From contig JBESAV010000001.1 in assembly GCA_041242255.1 (NCBI GenBank), positions 1 to 64,000 on the forward strand: a stretch of 64,000 nucleotides of DNA. Reading direction: 5' to 3'. The notes under the pieces were generated by a model. That model was not told the origin of the DNA and searched no databases. It worked only from the letters and a program-made list of their open reading frames with translations. Shown here in pieces: positions 45,048 to 53,466 of this stretch. The position numbers were made by a program, and so were the translations under genes. Source of the stretch: Candidatus Altimarinota bacterium (GTDB lineage Bacteria; Patescibacteriota; Gracilibacteria; UBA1369; GCA-2718715). How positions within the stretch are numbered: position 1 is the stretch's first letter; each line of letters starts with the position of its first letter.

Positions 45048-46955
45048 TTAAGATTTAGGCTTTTTTTGTAGATAAATATTATAATATTCCACCTCATCAC
45101 TTCGATCTAATACCTCATTACATACGGTGGCAAACTCCATTAAATTCCAAAAGTCAGTAGAATTAATATTTTTCATAAAAATCCTTAACTCATCAGACTC
45201 AGGATCCTCCAACACTAATTTCCAAGTTTCCGGAACTCTTTCCATGTAAATATCATAATTATCCACAACCTCTGCACAATTATCTGCATAATAGTTCATA
45301 ACTATATACTCTCTCAAAACTTTAAGATTGTAATTTGATTTCTCCAAAGAGCTTTCATAATACTCTTTGGCTTTTTCAAAATCACCGAAGGCAGTAAAAT
45401 ATTGCCCTTTCAAAAAATCATAAAAGAAATCTTCACCTCTCAGATTAACTAAATTCATAAAGGCATTGTCTATCTGATTCTTGAAATCTTTCTCCTCAAT
45501 CGACTCTGACAAACCAATTACAAAGTTTATAAATCTTACATTATATTCATAATTCAACTCACCATTTTCAAGACTACCTAAGACCAATTCAACTCCTAAA
45601 CTATCATCAGAATCTGAGTCATTACTTATCATATAATTCCCCAAACTATAGTTAAAATCATTAACTAATCTTCCATAATAAAAATATGCATTTCCCAAGA
45701 AACCAATCAAAACCATTCCCACCAAAAAACTAGAAATCACACTATTACTAACATTTATTTTTATCTTTGGATCAAAATCCTTAAAAATCACAACAAAAAA
45801 TAAAATACTAAATATCCAATGTTCAACTAATGGAAAACTCAACATCCAAGGCAGAAAACTAACTAACCATATATATTTAAACTTATTAGTCTTAGCACTT
45901 ATACCTTTAAACAGATAATATCCCACAAGCAACAACCCAAACAAACCACCTTCAATCAAAACATCTAACAAAAAATTATGAGACCTTCCAGCTACCGAAT
46001 AAATTGGCTCAAAATTAAGTAAATCAACCGAGGCATATACTTGATAAACAGACTTAAAAGACTCTAAACCATGGCCTATCAAAACACTATCAAATACCAA
46101 AGGGAAACTAGTCTCCCATAGTATCATTCTTGTCCCCAAGGATCTCAAACTAGGAGCCATCAATAAAATCAGGCCTAAGAACACTGCTCCTGCCAAACTC
46201 AAAATTCCAACCTTATACTTAAACTTTATATCAAACTCATCCAACACGATAAGACTGCTTACAAAAAGCAAAGCTAACCAAGAGGCTCTATTTTCAGTAA
46301 AAACAAGAGCTAGAACATTTATGAATCCACAAAAAACAATTAAGAATCTCCAAAACTTATTCCTAAACTCCCCATACAAGTAATATCCAATCAAAATAAT
46401 AGAAACCAACAACTGTCCTAAAAAATTTGGATGTCCTACCGTTGAATAAACCCTTTCAGAGTAAACTCCATACATCTCCTCAGAAAACCTTAAGATTCCA
46501 AACTTCTGCAAAATCGCATGTAAACTAACCAAAAAGAATACAGCAAACCCTACTAAGAAAAATTTCTTATCCAACAACTTCCGATACTGAAATAGGAAAA
46601 AACACAGTCCAAAATACATCAAATAAGTCAAAACACCCTGCATCCGATCTTCAGCACCCAAAAGTGATGCACCTGTAGTTTCTGAAAAATAAACATTCAG
46701 AGCAAAAAACACACACGAAACCAAAGCAAACAAGCAACCCTTACTAGTCAATTCAATTTTTTTGTCATTTTTATACACATCAATAACCCATAAAATAAAT
46801 ATTCCCAAAAGCCAAAAACTCAAAAGTGCTACCCTAAATAAACTAAAAACATTGTTTCCTAACGGATTGAAAACCACCGGAATCAACCACAACAAACTCA
46901 ACCAAAACTTTGTAAAACTCATGAAAAATATATTATCAAAGATAATATACTCCAC
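45048..46955 (-). CDS. O-antigen ligase / O-oligosaccharyltransferase-like (Wzy_C) membrane protein with a TPR-like tail
   Basis: Many TM helices; RVYSTVGHPNFLG, TENRASW, R..LW, GHGLESF, RSHNFLLD..IEGGLFG; C-terminal helical repeat. Confidence 0.88.
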   Translation of the reverse strand: MEYIIFDNIFFMSFTKFWLSLLWLIPVVFNPLGNNVFSLFRVALLSFWLLGIFILWVIDVYKNDKKIELTSKGCLFALVSCVFFALNVYFSETTGASLLGAEDRMQGVLTYLMYFGLCFFLFQYRKLLDKKFFLVGFAVFFLVSLHAILQKFGILRFSEEMYGVYSERVYSTVGHPNFLGQLLVSIILIGYYLYGEFRNKFWRFLIVFCGFINVLALVFTENRASWLALLFVSSLIVLDEFDIKFKYKVGILSLAGAVFLGLILLMAPSLRSLGTRMILWETSFPLVFDSVLIGHGLESFKSVYQVYASVDLLNFEPIYSVAGRSHNFLLDVLIEGGLFGLLLVGYYLFKGISAKTNKFKYIWLVSFLPWMLSFPLVEHWIFSILFFVVIFKDFDPKIKINVSNSVISSFLVGMVLIGFLGNAYFYYGRLVNDFNYSLGNYMISNDSDSDDSLGVELVLGSLENGELNYEYNVRFINFVIGLSESIEEKDFKNQIDNAFMNLVNLRGEDFFYDFLKGQYFTAFGDFEKAKEYYESSLEKSNYNLKVLREYIVMNYYADNCAEVVDNYDIYMERVPETWKLVLEDPESDELRIFMKNINSTDFWNLMEFATVCNEVLDRSDEVEYYNIYLQKKPKS

Positions 46956-46968
46956 ACATCAGATTCAC

Positions 46969-48447
46969 TCAATCACCCACAAAATATTTAGGCCTATACA
47001 CAACTGTTAAAACCCGCTTCTCAGGATCTACAGAGACACCATTCTTATTCTGAACCCCCTCAATAAAAATAGTAAAAAATTCTTCTAGAACCGGCTTCCA
47101 GTCCAATACCGTAATTAACAACTCTCTACCATCTTCTTTCCAAACATACATCAGTTTAAAATCTTTACTGCTTTCTTTAGATTTCAAAGATAACTCAAAA
47201 GATTTCATTTCTTCTACTTCCTCATTAAAACGAATCAAAACCTTATCTTCACCTACAATTTCATGCTGTATAACACGAGGTGGATAATCATTTTTTGAGA
47301 TAGAAACTTTAAGATCTAAGTCAGAATCAGGAGTATTATTATATTTATAAACATAGTCAACTCCTCCATCAATATTATAACCCTTAGGACATGAAACTAT
47401 TTCACTAAAGTTATCTTGAAGCCCAGACTGCTTTCTATATCTTATGTAGTAGTCTTTTGGTATTCCTTCCATTTTCTTAAAGGTCTCAATAACAACACTT
47501 TGAGACTCTTTGGGCTTTAAAGCTACATTAAAGCTCATTTCATCCTGCCATCTCTTAGGAACTGTAACACCAGATACAAATTCAAATCCTTCCTCAGGCG
47601 TAAAATCTAAAATAGCATTATATTTACCTGATAATGGCCAATTATATTCTCCAGGATGATACCAACTAAATATATATGTTCTGTTTATCCCACTCTCAGA
47701 AATATCGGTGATAACATCCAATTTCCTCCTAACATACCTATTATTCTTCAACCCAATCAAATTATTCTCTCTATAAACTGCCCCTACTTGCTCTTTCATA
47801 TCTTTATTAAAAAGCTGAAGCTCTTTATTTTTAAATGATAAATTAACTAAGTTAATCAAATCAAAAATTTTGTAAAATCTAAAAAACATCTTAATAAACA
47901 AAGACCTCAAAACACCTTTCATAATATCCTTTCTACCCCTCAAGTCCTCCAAATTATGTCTATCAATATCAGAAGTTGCTTTAGAAAGTTTTCTAAACAA
48001 ATTTTCAGAGTTCCATTTTTCTCCTTTTACATTTACATAACCATATACATTCAATAAATTCTCAATAAATTGATAGTTTACTAAAAAAATTTCCCTAACA
48101 TCCTTCTCAAAGTTAAACTTATATATCTCTTTCATATTAAGAAAGTTTTGGGAATCACTTAAAGATAAATTAGAGTCTCTAAATTCCATTTTCTGACCAT
48201 CTTTATACCCTAAGCTGTAACCAAATGCCTCGGGCATAACTATATTGGAGCCATTAAAATCTTCAAATACATTCAAAAATTTTGGTTTAACTTTCAAAAA
48301 ACTCACTTCAATTTCCAAAACTTTAGTTATAAAACCTCCACTACTTCTTAGTTCGTTATTATTCTGCAAACAAATAAGAAACAAATGTTCTCTACCAAAG
48401 AAAAAACCTCTTAAACTTTTAAAGATAATTGAAAAGATTTTATTCAT
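46969..48447 (-). CDS. DUF4012 domain protein with a C-terminal Ig-like domain
   Basis: LQNNNELRSSGGFI and FRDSN motifs typical of DUF4012; YRKQSG; PPRV...IRFNEEV Ig-like tail; start placed at MNKIFS (8-nt overlap with the GT gene). Confidence 0.75.
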   Translation of the reverse strand: MNKIFSIIFKSLRGFFFGREHLFLICLQNNNELRSSGGFITKVLEIEVSFLKVKPKFLNVFEDFNGSNIVMPEAFGYSLGYKDGQKMEFRDSNLSLSDSQNFLNMKEIYKFNFEKDVREIFLVNYQFIENLLNVYGYVNVKGEKWNSENLFRKLSKATSDIDRHNLEDLRGRKDIMKGVLRSLFIKMFFRFYKIFDLINLVNLSFKNKELQLFNKDMKEQVGAVYRENNLIGLKNNRYVRRKLDVITDISESGINRTYIFSWYHPGEYNWPLSGKYNAILDFTPEEGFEFVSGVTVPKRWQDEMSFNVALKPKESQSVVIETFKKMEGIPKDYYIRYRKQSGLQDNFSEIVSCPKGYNIDGGVDYVYKYNNTPDSDLDLKVSISKNDYPPRVIQHEIVGEDKVLIRFNEEVEEMKSFELSLKSKESSKDFKLMYVWKEDGRELLITVLDWKPVLEEFFTIFIEGVQNKNGVSVDPEKRVLTVVYRPKYFVGD

Positions 48448-49312
48448 GTAATTTCTTATAATACTCAATTGCACCTTTTTTATCCCCTAAAGTATATAGT
48501 ATGTGGGAATATGCTTCATGTAAGATATTCAAATCACCCAATATATCATATGCTTTTTCAATATGATCCTTCGCACTTTTCAAATTACCATTTAACAACT
48601 CAATCTCACCTAAATAATAATGAATCTTACCTAAAAAATATGACTCACCCAAATTCAAATTCAAATATTTAAAACCATATTCATAAGATCTTTTATAATC
48701 CTCTACAAAAAAACTATCAGCACAAAGGTAAAAATAAACCCTATCCAAATACTTCATATTATTCTTGTAATAGTTCTCTAAACTTCCAATATACCTTTTT
48801 CTACTTAATCTAATCTTCTCCATATCCACGAATGATTCATTCTTAATCACAAAATCATCAAGAACCCCTACTTTCACATCACCAACATCTAAAAACTCAT
48901 GTACCGGTAACTTATACTTTAAACCAGCACTTAACTTCCAAATTTTCAACTTCTCAATCTCATCTTGATTAGTTTTCACACGTACATAAATAGCTTCAAC
49001 CTCTTTCATTAAACAGTCTAAAGTTTCTGGATCATAACTATCCAGCCTTTCATCAGCATCCACAAATAAACACCAATCCGTCTTAACGTATTCTAAACAT
49101 TTATTCCGCGCATCTGAAAAAGATCCAGTCCATTCAAAATCAAAAACACTTGCCCCGTTCTTAAGGGCAAGCGCTTTAGTATGATCATTAGAGCCAGTAT
49201 CTAAGACAACTACATCATCAACGATACACTCGAAGCTCTTAATACAATTTACAATATTACACTCCTCATTCTTTACTATCAAACACAAAGATAGGCTCCT
49301 ACCACTCATCAC
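48440..49312 (-). CDS. GT2 glycosyltransferase with a C-terminal TPR-like region (SunS-like architecture)
   Basis: LSLCLIVKNEE, LDTGSND.T, WTGSFSDARN, FVDADE (DxD), PVHE; helical YYLGEI...AKDHIEKA tail. Confidence 0.92.
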   Translation of the reverse strand: MMSGRSLSLCLIVKNEECNIVNCIKSFECIVDDVVVLDTGSNDHTKALALKNGASVFDFEWTGSFSDARNKCLEYVKTDWCLFVDADERLDSYDPETLDCLMKEVEAIYVRVKTNQDEIEKLKIWKLSAGLKYKLPVHEFLDVGDVKVGVLDDFVIKNESFVDMEKIRLSRKRYIGSLENYYKNNMKYLDRVYFYLCADSFFVEDYKRSYEYGFKYLNLNLGESYFLGKIHYYLGEIELLNGNLKSAKDHIEKAYDILGDLNILHEAYSHILYTLGDKKGAIEYYKKLHE

Positions 49313-49784
49313 AAAACTTAGGTAATTTCTCCCCTTTCCATTCCTTAATAGAGCAGGTATGCATTTGATCCCAATTCAAAGTGTCTACATGTCCTTCACA
49401 ATAGTCAGGTTCAAAATCATGATCCCACTTTCTGTGATATGCACATTGTAATCTTTGCCCTCTGCATAATTCAGGATTAAACTCAGGACTTCTACATGAT
49501 TCAGGAGACTCGTCCCTACACATCTCTGGATTTGGGTCCATACACATTTCAGGAGACTCATTTCTACACATCTCTGGATTTGGATCCATACACATTTCAG
49601 GTTTATCTTCATTTAAGTCCCATGGATCTCCTCCCATAATCTCATCGTCTCCACAACCGGGTGTCAAAACCCCTATTGCAGATGCACCTACCAAACCTGC
49701 CATACCTCTTAAGAAGCTTCTACGACTTATTGGCTCATGCTTTCTTTCACTGATTCCACCACTTAATCTATCTAATTTTTTCAT
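49299..49784 (-). CDS. Twin-arginine-like lipoprotein with PExC repeats (candidate precursor/substrate)
   Basis: SRRSFLRG leader, hydrophobic helix, TPGC lipobox, six PExC motifs plus four further Cys. Confidence 0.85.
   Translation of the reverse strand: MKKLDRLSGGISERKHEPISRRSFLRGMAGLVGASAIGVLTPGCGDDEIMGGDPWDLNEDKPEMCMDPNPEMCRNESPEMCMDPNPEMCRDESPESCRSPEFNPELCRGQRLQCAYHRKWDHDFEPDYCEGHVDTLNWDQMHTCSIKEWKGEKLPKFCDEW
49501..49601. repeat. 48-bp tandem duplication (24-bp sub-period) encoding PEMCMDPN-PEMCRxES
   Basis: 49501-49548 vs 49549-49596 differ at 4 of 48 positions; a partial third copy (TCAGG) follows. Confidence 0.95.
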
Positions 49785-49792
49785 AACAATTA

Positions 49793-50143
49793 TTATCTAC
49801 AAATTTCTACTCTTCTACAAACTCTTCTAACTCTCACAGGACGACAATTTCTTCTGTATCTACACATCTCAACTCCTCTACATCTTTCAGGAGATCTACA
49901 AGATTCAATACTTCTACATCTCTCCACAGAGCGACAAGACTCAATACTATTTGATGACCTACAAAATTCAGGAGCTCTTCCAGCACCAATAACTTCATCT
50001 GCATCTAGAATAACAGCTGCTGCTGCTAATCCAACCACACCGGCCATTTTCTTAAGAAAACCTCTTCTATCAATTGTTTGGCTTTCATTAGAAACTACAT
50101 TGTTTTCTTGTAAGAACTCTCTATTACCATCAATATTTTTCAT
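49793..50143 (-). CDS. Twin-arginine-like small protein with hexapeptide ExCR repeats (candidate RiPP precursor)
   Basis: DRRGFLKK leader plus hydrophobic helix; core PEFCRS..IESCRS-VERCRS-IESCRS-PERCRG-VEMCRY-RRNCRP..RVCRR-VEICR; start placed at MKNIDG. Confidence 0.85.
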   Translation of the reverse strand: MKNIDGNREFLQENNVVSNESQTIDRRGFLKKMAGVVGLAAAAVILDADEVIGAGRAPEFCRSSNSIESCRSVERCRSIESCRSPERCRGVEMCRYRRNCRPVRVRRVCRRVEICR

Positions 50144-50285
50144 ATAACTAAAGTTACAAATTTCACGCATAGTAACATAAGTATTAAAAATAGCAACCCC
50201 TCAAGCTTTCAAGTCACTTATCATTTACTTAAATTCCCCATCAAAACTTTTAATGTTAAACTACTCACAAATATAACCCCTAAAA

Positions 50286-51095
50286 ATGTCAGACAAACCA
50301 AGTGCAAACATCGCATCACACACTCGCCACCAAATCATCGGTGACGACATCCAAACAGTTGTTATGACCCTCCAACCTCAAGAAACAATTGTAGCTGAAG
50401 CCGGAACCATGAACTGGATGGACCAACACATTGGATTCGAAACTAAGATGGGAGACGGTTCAGAAGCAAAAGAGAACCTAACCTCTAAGCTCCTCAATGT
50501 TGGAAAAAGATTCTTAACCGGTGAATCCCTTTTCATGACTCATTTTACCAATAACGGATCAGCCGACCAACAAGTAGCTTTTGCTGCTCCTTACCCAGGA
50601 AAAATCATCCAAATAGACCTTTCTCAATTCGACGGACACATCCAATGCCAAAAAGACGCCTTTCTATGCGCCGAACTTGGAACCAAAGTCGACATAGCTT
50701 TCCAGAAAAAACTTGGAACTGGACTTTTCGGAGGTGAAGGATTCATTCTCCAAAAACTAACCGGAGACAAAATCGCCTACCTTCACGCCTGCGGAACTAT
50801 CATAAAGCGTGAGCTAAAAGGAGAAACAATTAAAGTTGATACAGGTTGTTTAGTTGGATTCACAGATGGAATCAACTACAACATCGAACGAGCCGGAAAC
50901 CTCAAATCAATGGTCTTCGGAGGCGAAGGACTCTTCCTAGCCACTCTTCAAGGTACAGGAACAGTTTGGCTCCAATCTCTCCCATTCTCTCGAATGGCCA
51001 AACAAATCGTAAGATACGCCCCTCAAACCGGAGGAAGAAGACAAGGTGAAGGCTCAGTACTTGGAACCCTTGGCGACCTAATCGACGGAACCTAA
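50286..51095 (+). CDS. AIM24 / TIGR00266 family protein
   Basis: [52 protein letters not shown]. Confidence 0.95.
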   Translation: MSDKPSANIASHTRHQIIGDDIQTVVMTLQPQETIVAEAGTMNWMDQHIGFETKMGDGSEAKENLTSKLLNVGKRFLTGESLFMTHFTNNGSADQQVAFAAPYPGKIIQIDLSQFDGHIQCQKDAFLCAELGTKVDIAFQKKLGTGLFGGEGFILQKLTGDKIAYLHACGTIIKRELKGETIKVDTGCLVGFTDGINYNIERAGNLKSMVFGGEGLFLATLQGTGTVWLQSLPFSRMAKQIVRYAPQTGGRRQGEGSVLGTLGDLIDGT

Positions 51096-51109
51096 AATCC
51101 ACAAATTAC

Positions 51110-51150
51110 AAAAAAACAACCCAAGTACAAAATTATGTACCTGGGTTTTT
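51110..51150. terminator. Bidirectional intrinsic terminator
   Basis: AAAAAAACAACCCAAGTACA-AAATTA-TGTACCTGGGTTTTT. Confidence 0.75.
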
Positions 51151-51167
51151 CGGTAAGTACTTCTCCT

Positions 51168-51335
51168 TCAACTTTGAACCAAAACTCTCCTTGTGGCAGT
51201 AGAATACATCATGTCAGTCACCCCAAGTAGGGCAACCACACTCCAAGCTGGAATAATCATTGTATCTACTCCTGAAAGCCTCATCCAGTAAGTAATTACA
51301 AGAAAGAAAAGCACAATGAGTTTCGTCACGACCAT
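51168..51335 (-). CDS. Unannotated 55-aa hydrophobic small protein
   Basis: Manual translation MVVTKLIVLFFLVITYWMRLSGVDTMIIPAWSVVALLGVTDMMYSTATRRVLVQS*; AAGGAG SD 7 nt upstream; own promoter and terminator. Confidence 0.65.
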   Translation of the reverse strand: MVVTKLIVLFFLVITYWMRLSGVDTMIIPAWSVVALLGVTDMMYSTATRRVLVQS

Positions 51336-51403
51336 TACCTAACTCCTTTTCAAGGGTCTAAAGCACGTTTAGCCATAGACTAAACGACGTTCAACACTCG
51401 AAC

Positions 51404-51431
51404 ATCTTAACACCAAAGCGCAAAATGTCAA
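51404..51431 (-). promoter_or_regulatory. Putative sigma70 promoter of the 55-aa ORF
   Basis: TTGACA-16 nt-TAAGAT with an extended -10 TG. Confidence 0.65.
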
Positions 51432-51459
51432 CCCAGCCCAAAACCACATCAACTCCCAC

Positions 51460-51930
51460 CTACCTAAACCTCTTCAAACTCCTCTCAATATCTCTATTCT
51501 GACTCTTTTTCTTTAAATCATGTCTCTTATCATGCTTTTTCTTACCTCTCGCTAAAGCAATCGCAAGTTTCACCAACCCTTTCTTCAAGTAAATCCTCGT
51601 AGGTATCAAAGAAACCCCAGCTTCATTCAAACGTTTTTCGAGATTTTCAATCTCTGATTTTTTCAAAAGTAATTCTCTTCGACGAACCTCATCATATTTT
51701 GAATTATCGGCAAAACTATATGGAGAAACATGCATGTTATTCACATATACCTTCCCATCACTCAGAATCGAAACAAAACTCCCCTTCAGATTAACCTTAC
51801 CCCGACGAATAGACTTCACCTCAGGTCCACTCAAAATAATCCCAGCTTCCATTTCATCTAGAATTTCATAATCAAAAAAAGCCTTCTTATTCTTCGCAAT
51901 CAAATTCTGATCTTTGTCTTTTTTATTCAT
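51460..51930 (-). CDS. smpB: SsrA-binding protein
   Basis: NKKAFFDY, EAGIILSGPEVKSIR, LARGKKKHDKR. Confidence 0.98.
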   Translation of the reverse strand: MNKKDKDQNLIAKNKKAFFDYEILDEMEAGIILSGPEVKSIRRGKVNLKGSFVSILSDGKVYVNNMHVSPYSFADNSKYDEVRRRELLLKKSEIENLEKRLNEAGVSLIPTRIYLKKGLVKLAIALARGKKKHDKRHDLKKKSQNRDIERSLKRFR

Positions 51931-51983
51931 AATAATTCACTGTTTTGTAAAACATACACTAAACTCAGACCAGACTCAACAAC

Positions 51984-52012
51984 TTGACAAAAAACTAAAA
52001 ACCAATCATAAT
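51984..52012 (+). promoter_or_regulatory. Putative sigma70 promoter
   Basis: TTGACA-17 nt-CATAAT upstream of the 34-aa ORF. Confidence 0.65.
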
Positions 52013-52037
52013 TATATAATTTAATAACCAACAACTA

Positions 52038-52142
52038 ATGAAAGAAATATTCACTAAATACGCCTTACCAATAATAGCTTTGCTTATTCTAATGGCAAGT
52101 TTCACCGTTTACGCTGGAATAGAAACGACCTTTGCCTTATAA
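52038..52142 (+). CDS. Unannotated 34-aa single-TM peptide
   Basis: Manual translation MKEIFTKYALPIIALLILMASFTVYAGIETTFAL*; directly downstream of a consensus promoter. Confidence 0.55.
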   Translation: MKEIFTKYALPIIALLILMASFTVYAGIETTFAL

Positions 52143-52169
52143 TTAAAACAACATAAATTAATCTAAATT

Positions 52170-52625
52170 ATGATAGAAAAAACTATCCAACTAGGAACTC
52201 AAACTCCTCAATTCGCAGAACACACTCTTATCGTAGAAACTGACCGTGGAGGATCAAGACTTTTCCTTTGCCACGGAGACAAAGTTGATGTTCTTACAGA
52301 AGTTAAGCCAGATGTATCCAACGAATACTCAGATAATGAAGGGCACAGCAATCATGGCGGGACAAATCATGGAGTATCCTCAACTAACGAGAACAACCAC
52401 CTAAGAGAACACAACAATAAAGTTCACGCCAATGACCTTGTAGACAAAATCAAATATCTAGATGGTCTAAACAAATTCACAAAACTAGAACTATTCGCCA
52501 CAACCGAATTCAAAAAACTTCTAGAAGAAAAAATCCCATCTGGAATCATGCAAAAAGCCAATATGCACATCGGTAACTACAGCCATGACTCAGTTCACGA
52601 CCTAATAGAAAAACACCGGTCATAA
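52170..52625 (+). CDS. Host-attachment / baeRF (release-factor-like) family protein
   Basis: TLIVETDRGGSRLF start, Gly/His-rich loop, helix, KLELFAT..FKKLL pattern typical of the host attachment family. Confidence 0.65.
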   Translation: MIEKTIQLGTQTPQFAEHTLIVETDRGGSRLFLCHGDKVDVLTEVKPDVSNEYSDNEGHSNHGGTNHGVSSTNENNHLREHNNKVHANDLVDKIKYLDGLNKFTKLELFATTEFKKLLEEKIPSGIMQKANMHIGNYSHDSVHDLIEKHRS

Positions 52626-52643
52626 CAGACCCAAACTAAAAAC

Positions 52644-52673
52644 AAAAACACCTCCAACCAGAGGTGTTTTTTT
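52644..52673 (+). terminator. Intrinsic terminator
   Basis: AAAAACACCTC-loop-GAGGTGTTTTTTT. Confidence 0.85.
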
Positions 52674-52736
52674 ATAAACTCCATTTTTGACAAAAACCAC
52701 AAAACCTCTTAAATTACAAAAAATAAATCATTCAAA

Positions 52737-53414
52737 ATGGAAACTTTTACTAAAAACATAGAGCAAAAAAACACTCCCCTAAAAAACCCTTTCCCAAAGT
52801 CTCTAACAGCCGGACTACTAACTCTTTTAGCTGCCTGTGCAACTCCTCAAAAAAATACTGAAACACCACAAGATCTACCAGCTCTTGAGTGCGATGACTA
52901 CAGCTGCCACCCAGAGTTCACCTTCAGAGCTAGAAAAGTAGAGGCTATCCAAACTCCTTTCCAAATCCTAAACACTTTCAAACAAGACCATGACTTCCCA
53001 AATGCATACGCAGAACTCCACCTAACTGAAGCCAACTGCCGCGGAAGATGCGACTTTGAGGTAGCTGATACACTAAAAAAAATTATCAAATTCCACAACC
53101 AAAACGTAAACACAAATTGCAACAGATTACCTCAAACTGATGCCGACCTCTACCCATCAGAACAAGACATCAAAAACTCAATCCAAAAAGCAGATAAGAT
53201 CAGAAACAACCCTCAAAAACGTGAATACCTAGCCGGATACCCAGTTGTAGCTTACTCAATTTGTGATAATTACGGTCAATACCAAAGAATCCAATCGACA
53301 GTAGGTTTACCTCAAGAATTCCTCAAACCAGTTTCAAACTACGAACATTACTCTTACTACCACAACCTTGGACAAAGCGCCTTATACTCAAGAGAAATGA
53401 AAATAAACCAATAA
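52737..53414 (+). CDS. Hypothetical Cys-rich lipoprotein
   Basis: AGLLTLLAAC lipobox after a long n-region; six further Cys; TTGACA at 52687. Confidence 0.75.
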   Translation: METFTKNIEQKNTPLKNPFPKSLTAGLLTLLAACATPQKNTETPQDLPALECDDYSCHPEFTFRARKVEAIQTPFQILNTFKQDHDFPNAYAELHLTEANCRGRCDFEVADTLKKIIKFHNQNVNTNCNRLPQTDADLYPSEQDIKNSIQKADKIRNNPQKREYLAGYPVVAYSICDNYGQYQRIQSTVGLPQEFLKPVSNYEHYSYYHNLGQSALYSREMKINQ

Positions 53415-53424
53415 CACAGAGATT

Positions 53425-53457
53425 AAAAACACCTCATATCTCCGGGGGTGTTTTTTT
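53425..53457. terminator. Bidirectional intrinsic terminator
   Basis: AAAAACACCTC-loop-GGGGTGTTTTTTT between convergent genes. Confidence 0.8.
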
Positions 53458-53466
53458 GTTTAAATA

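Noticed and set aside
49501-49601. CRISPR array
   Set aside because: The repeats are contiguous in-frame coding duplications without unique spacers, and no cas genes are present
48440-50143. Radical-SAM, MNIO (DUF692), lanthipeptide or ATP-grasp RiPP cluster
   Set aside because: No such maturase (no CxxxCxxC, DUF692, LanM or ATP-grasp motifs) is encoded in the window; the GT2 is the only adjacent candidate, although a distant maturase cannot be excluded
51096-51459. tmRNA (ssrA) or 6S RNA next to smpB
   Set aside because: No GGGG 5' end, T arm or CCA end on either strand, and no convincing long 6S-like duplex; an SD-led ORF with promoter and terminator explains the region better
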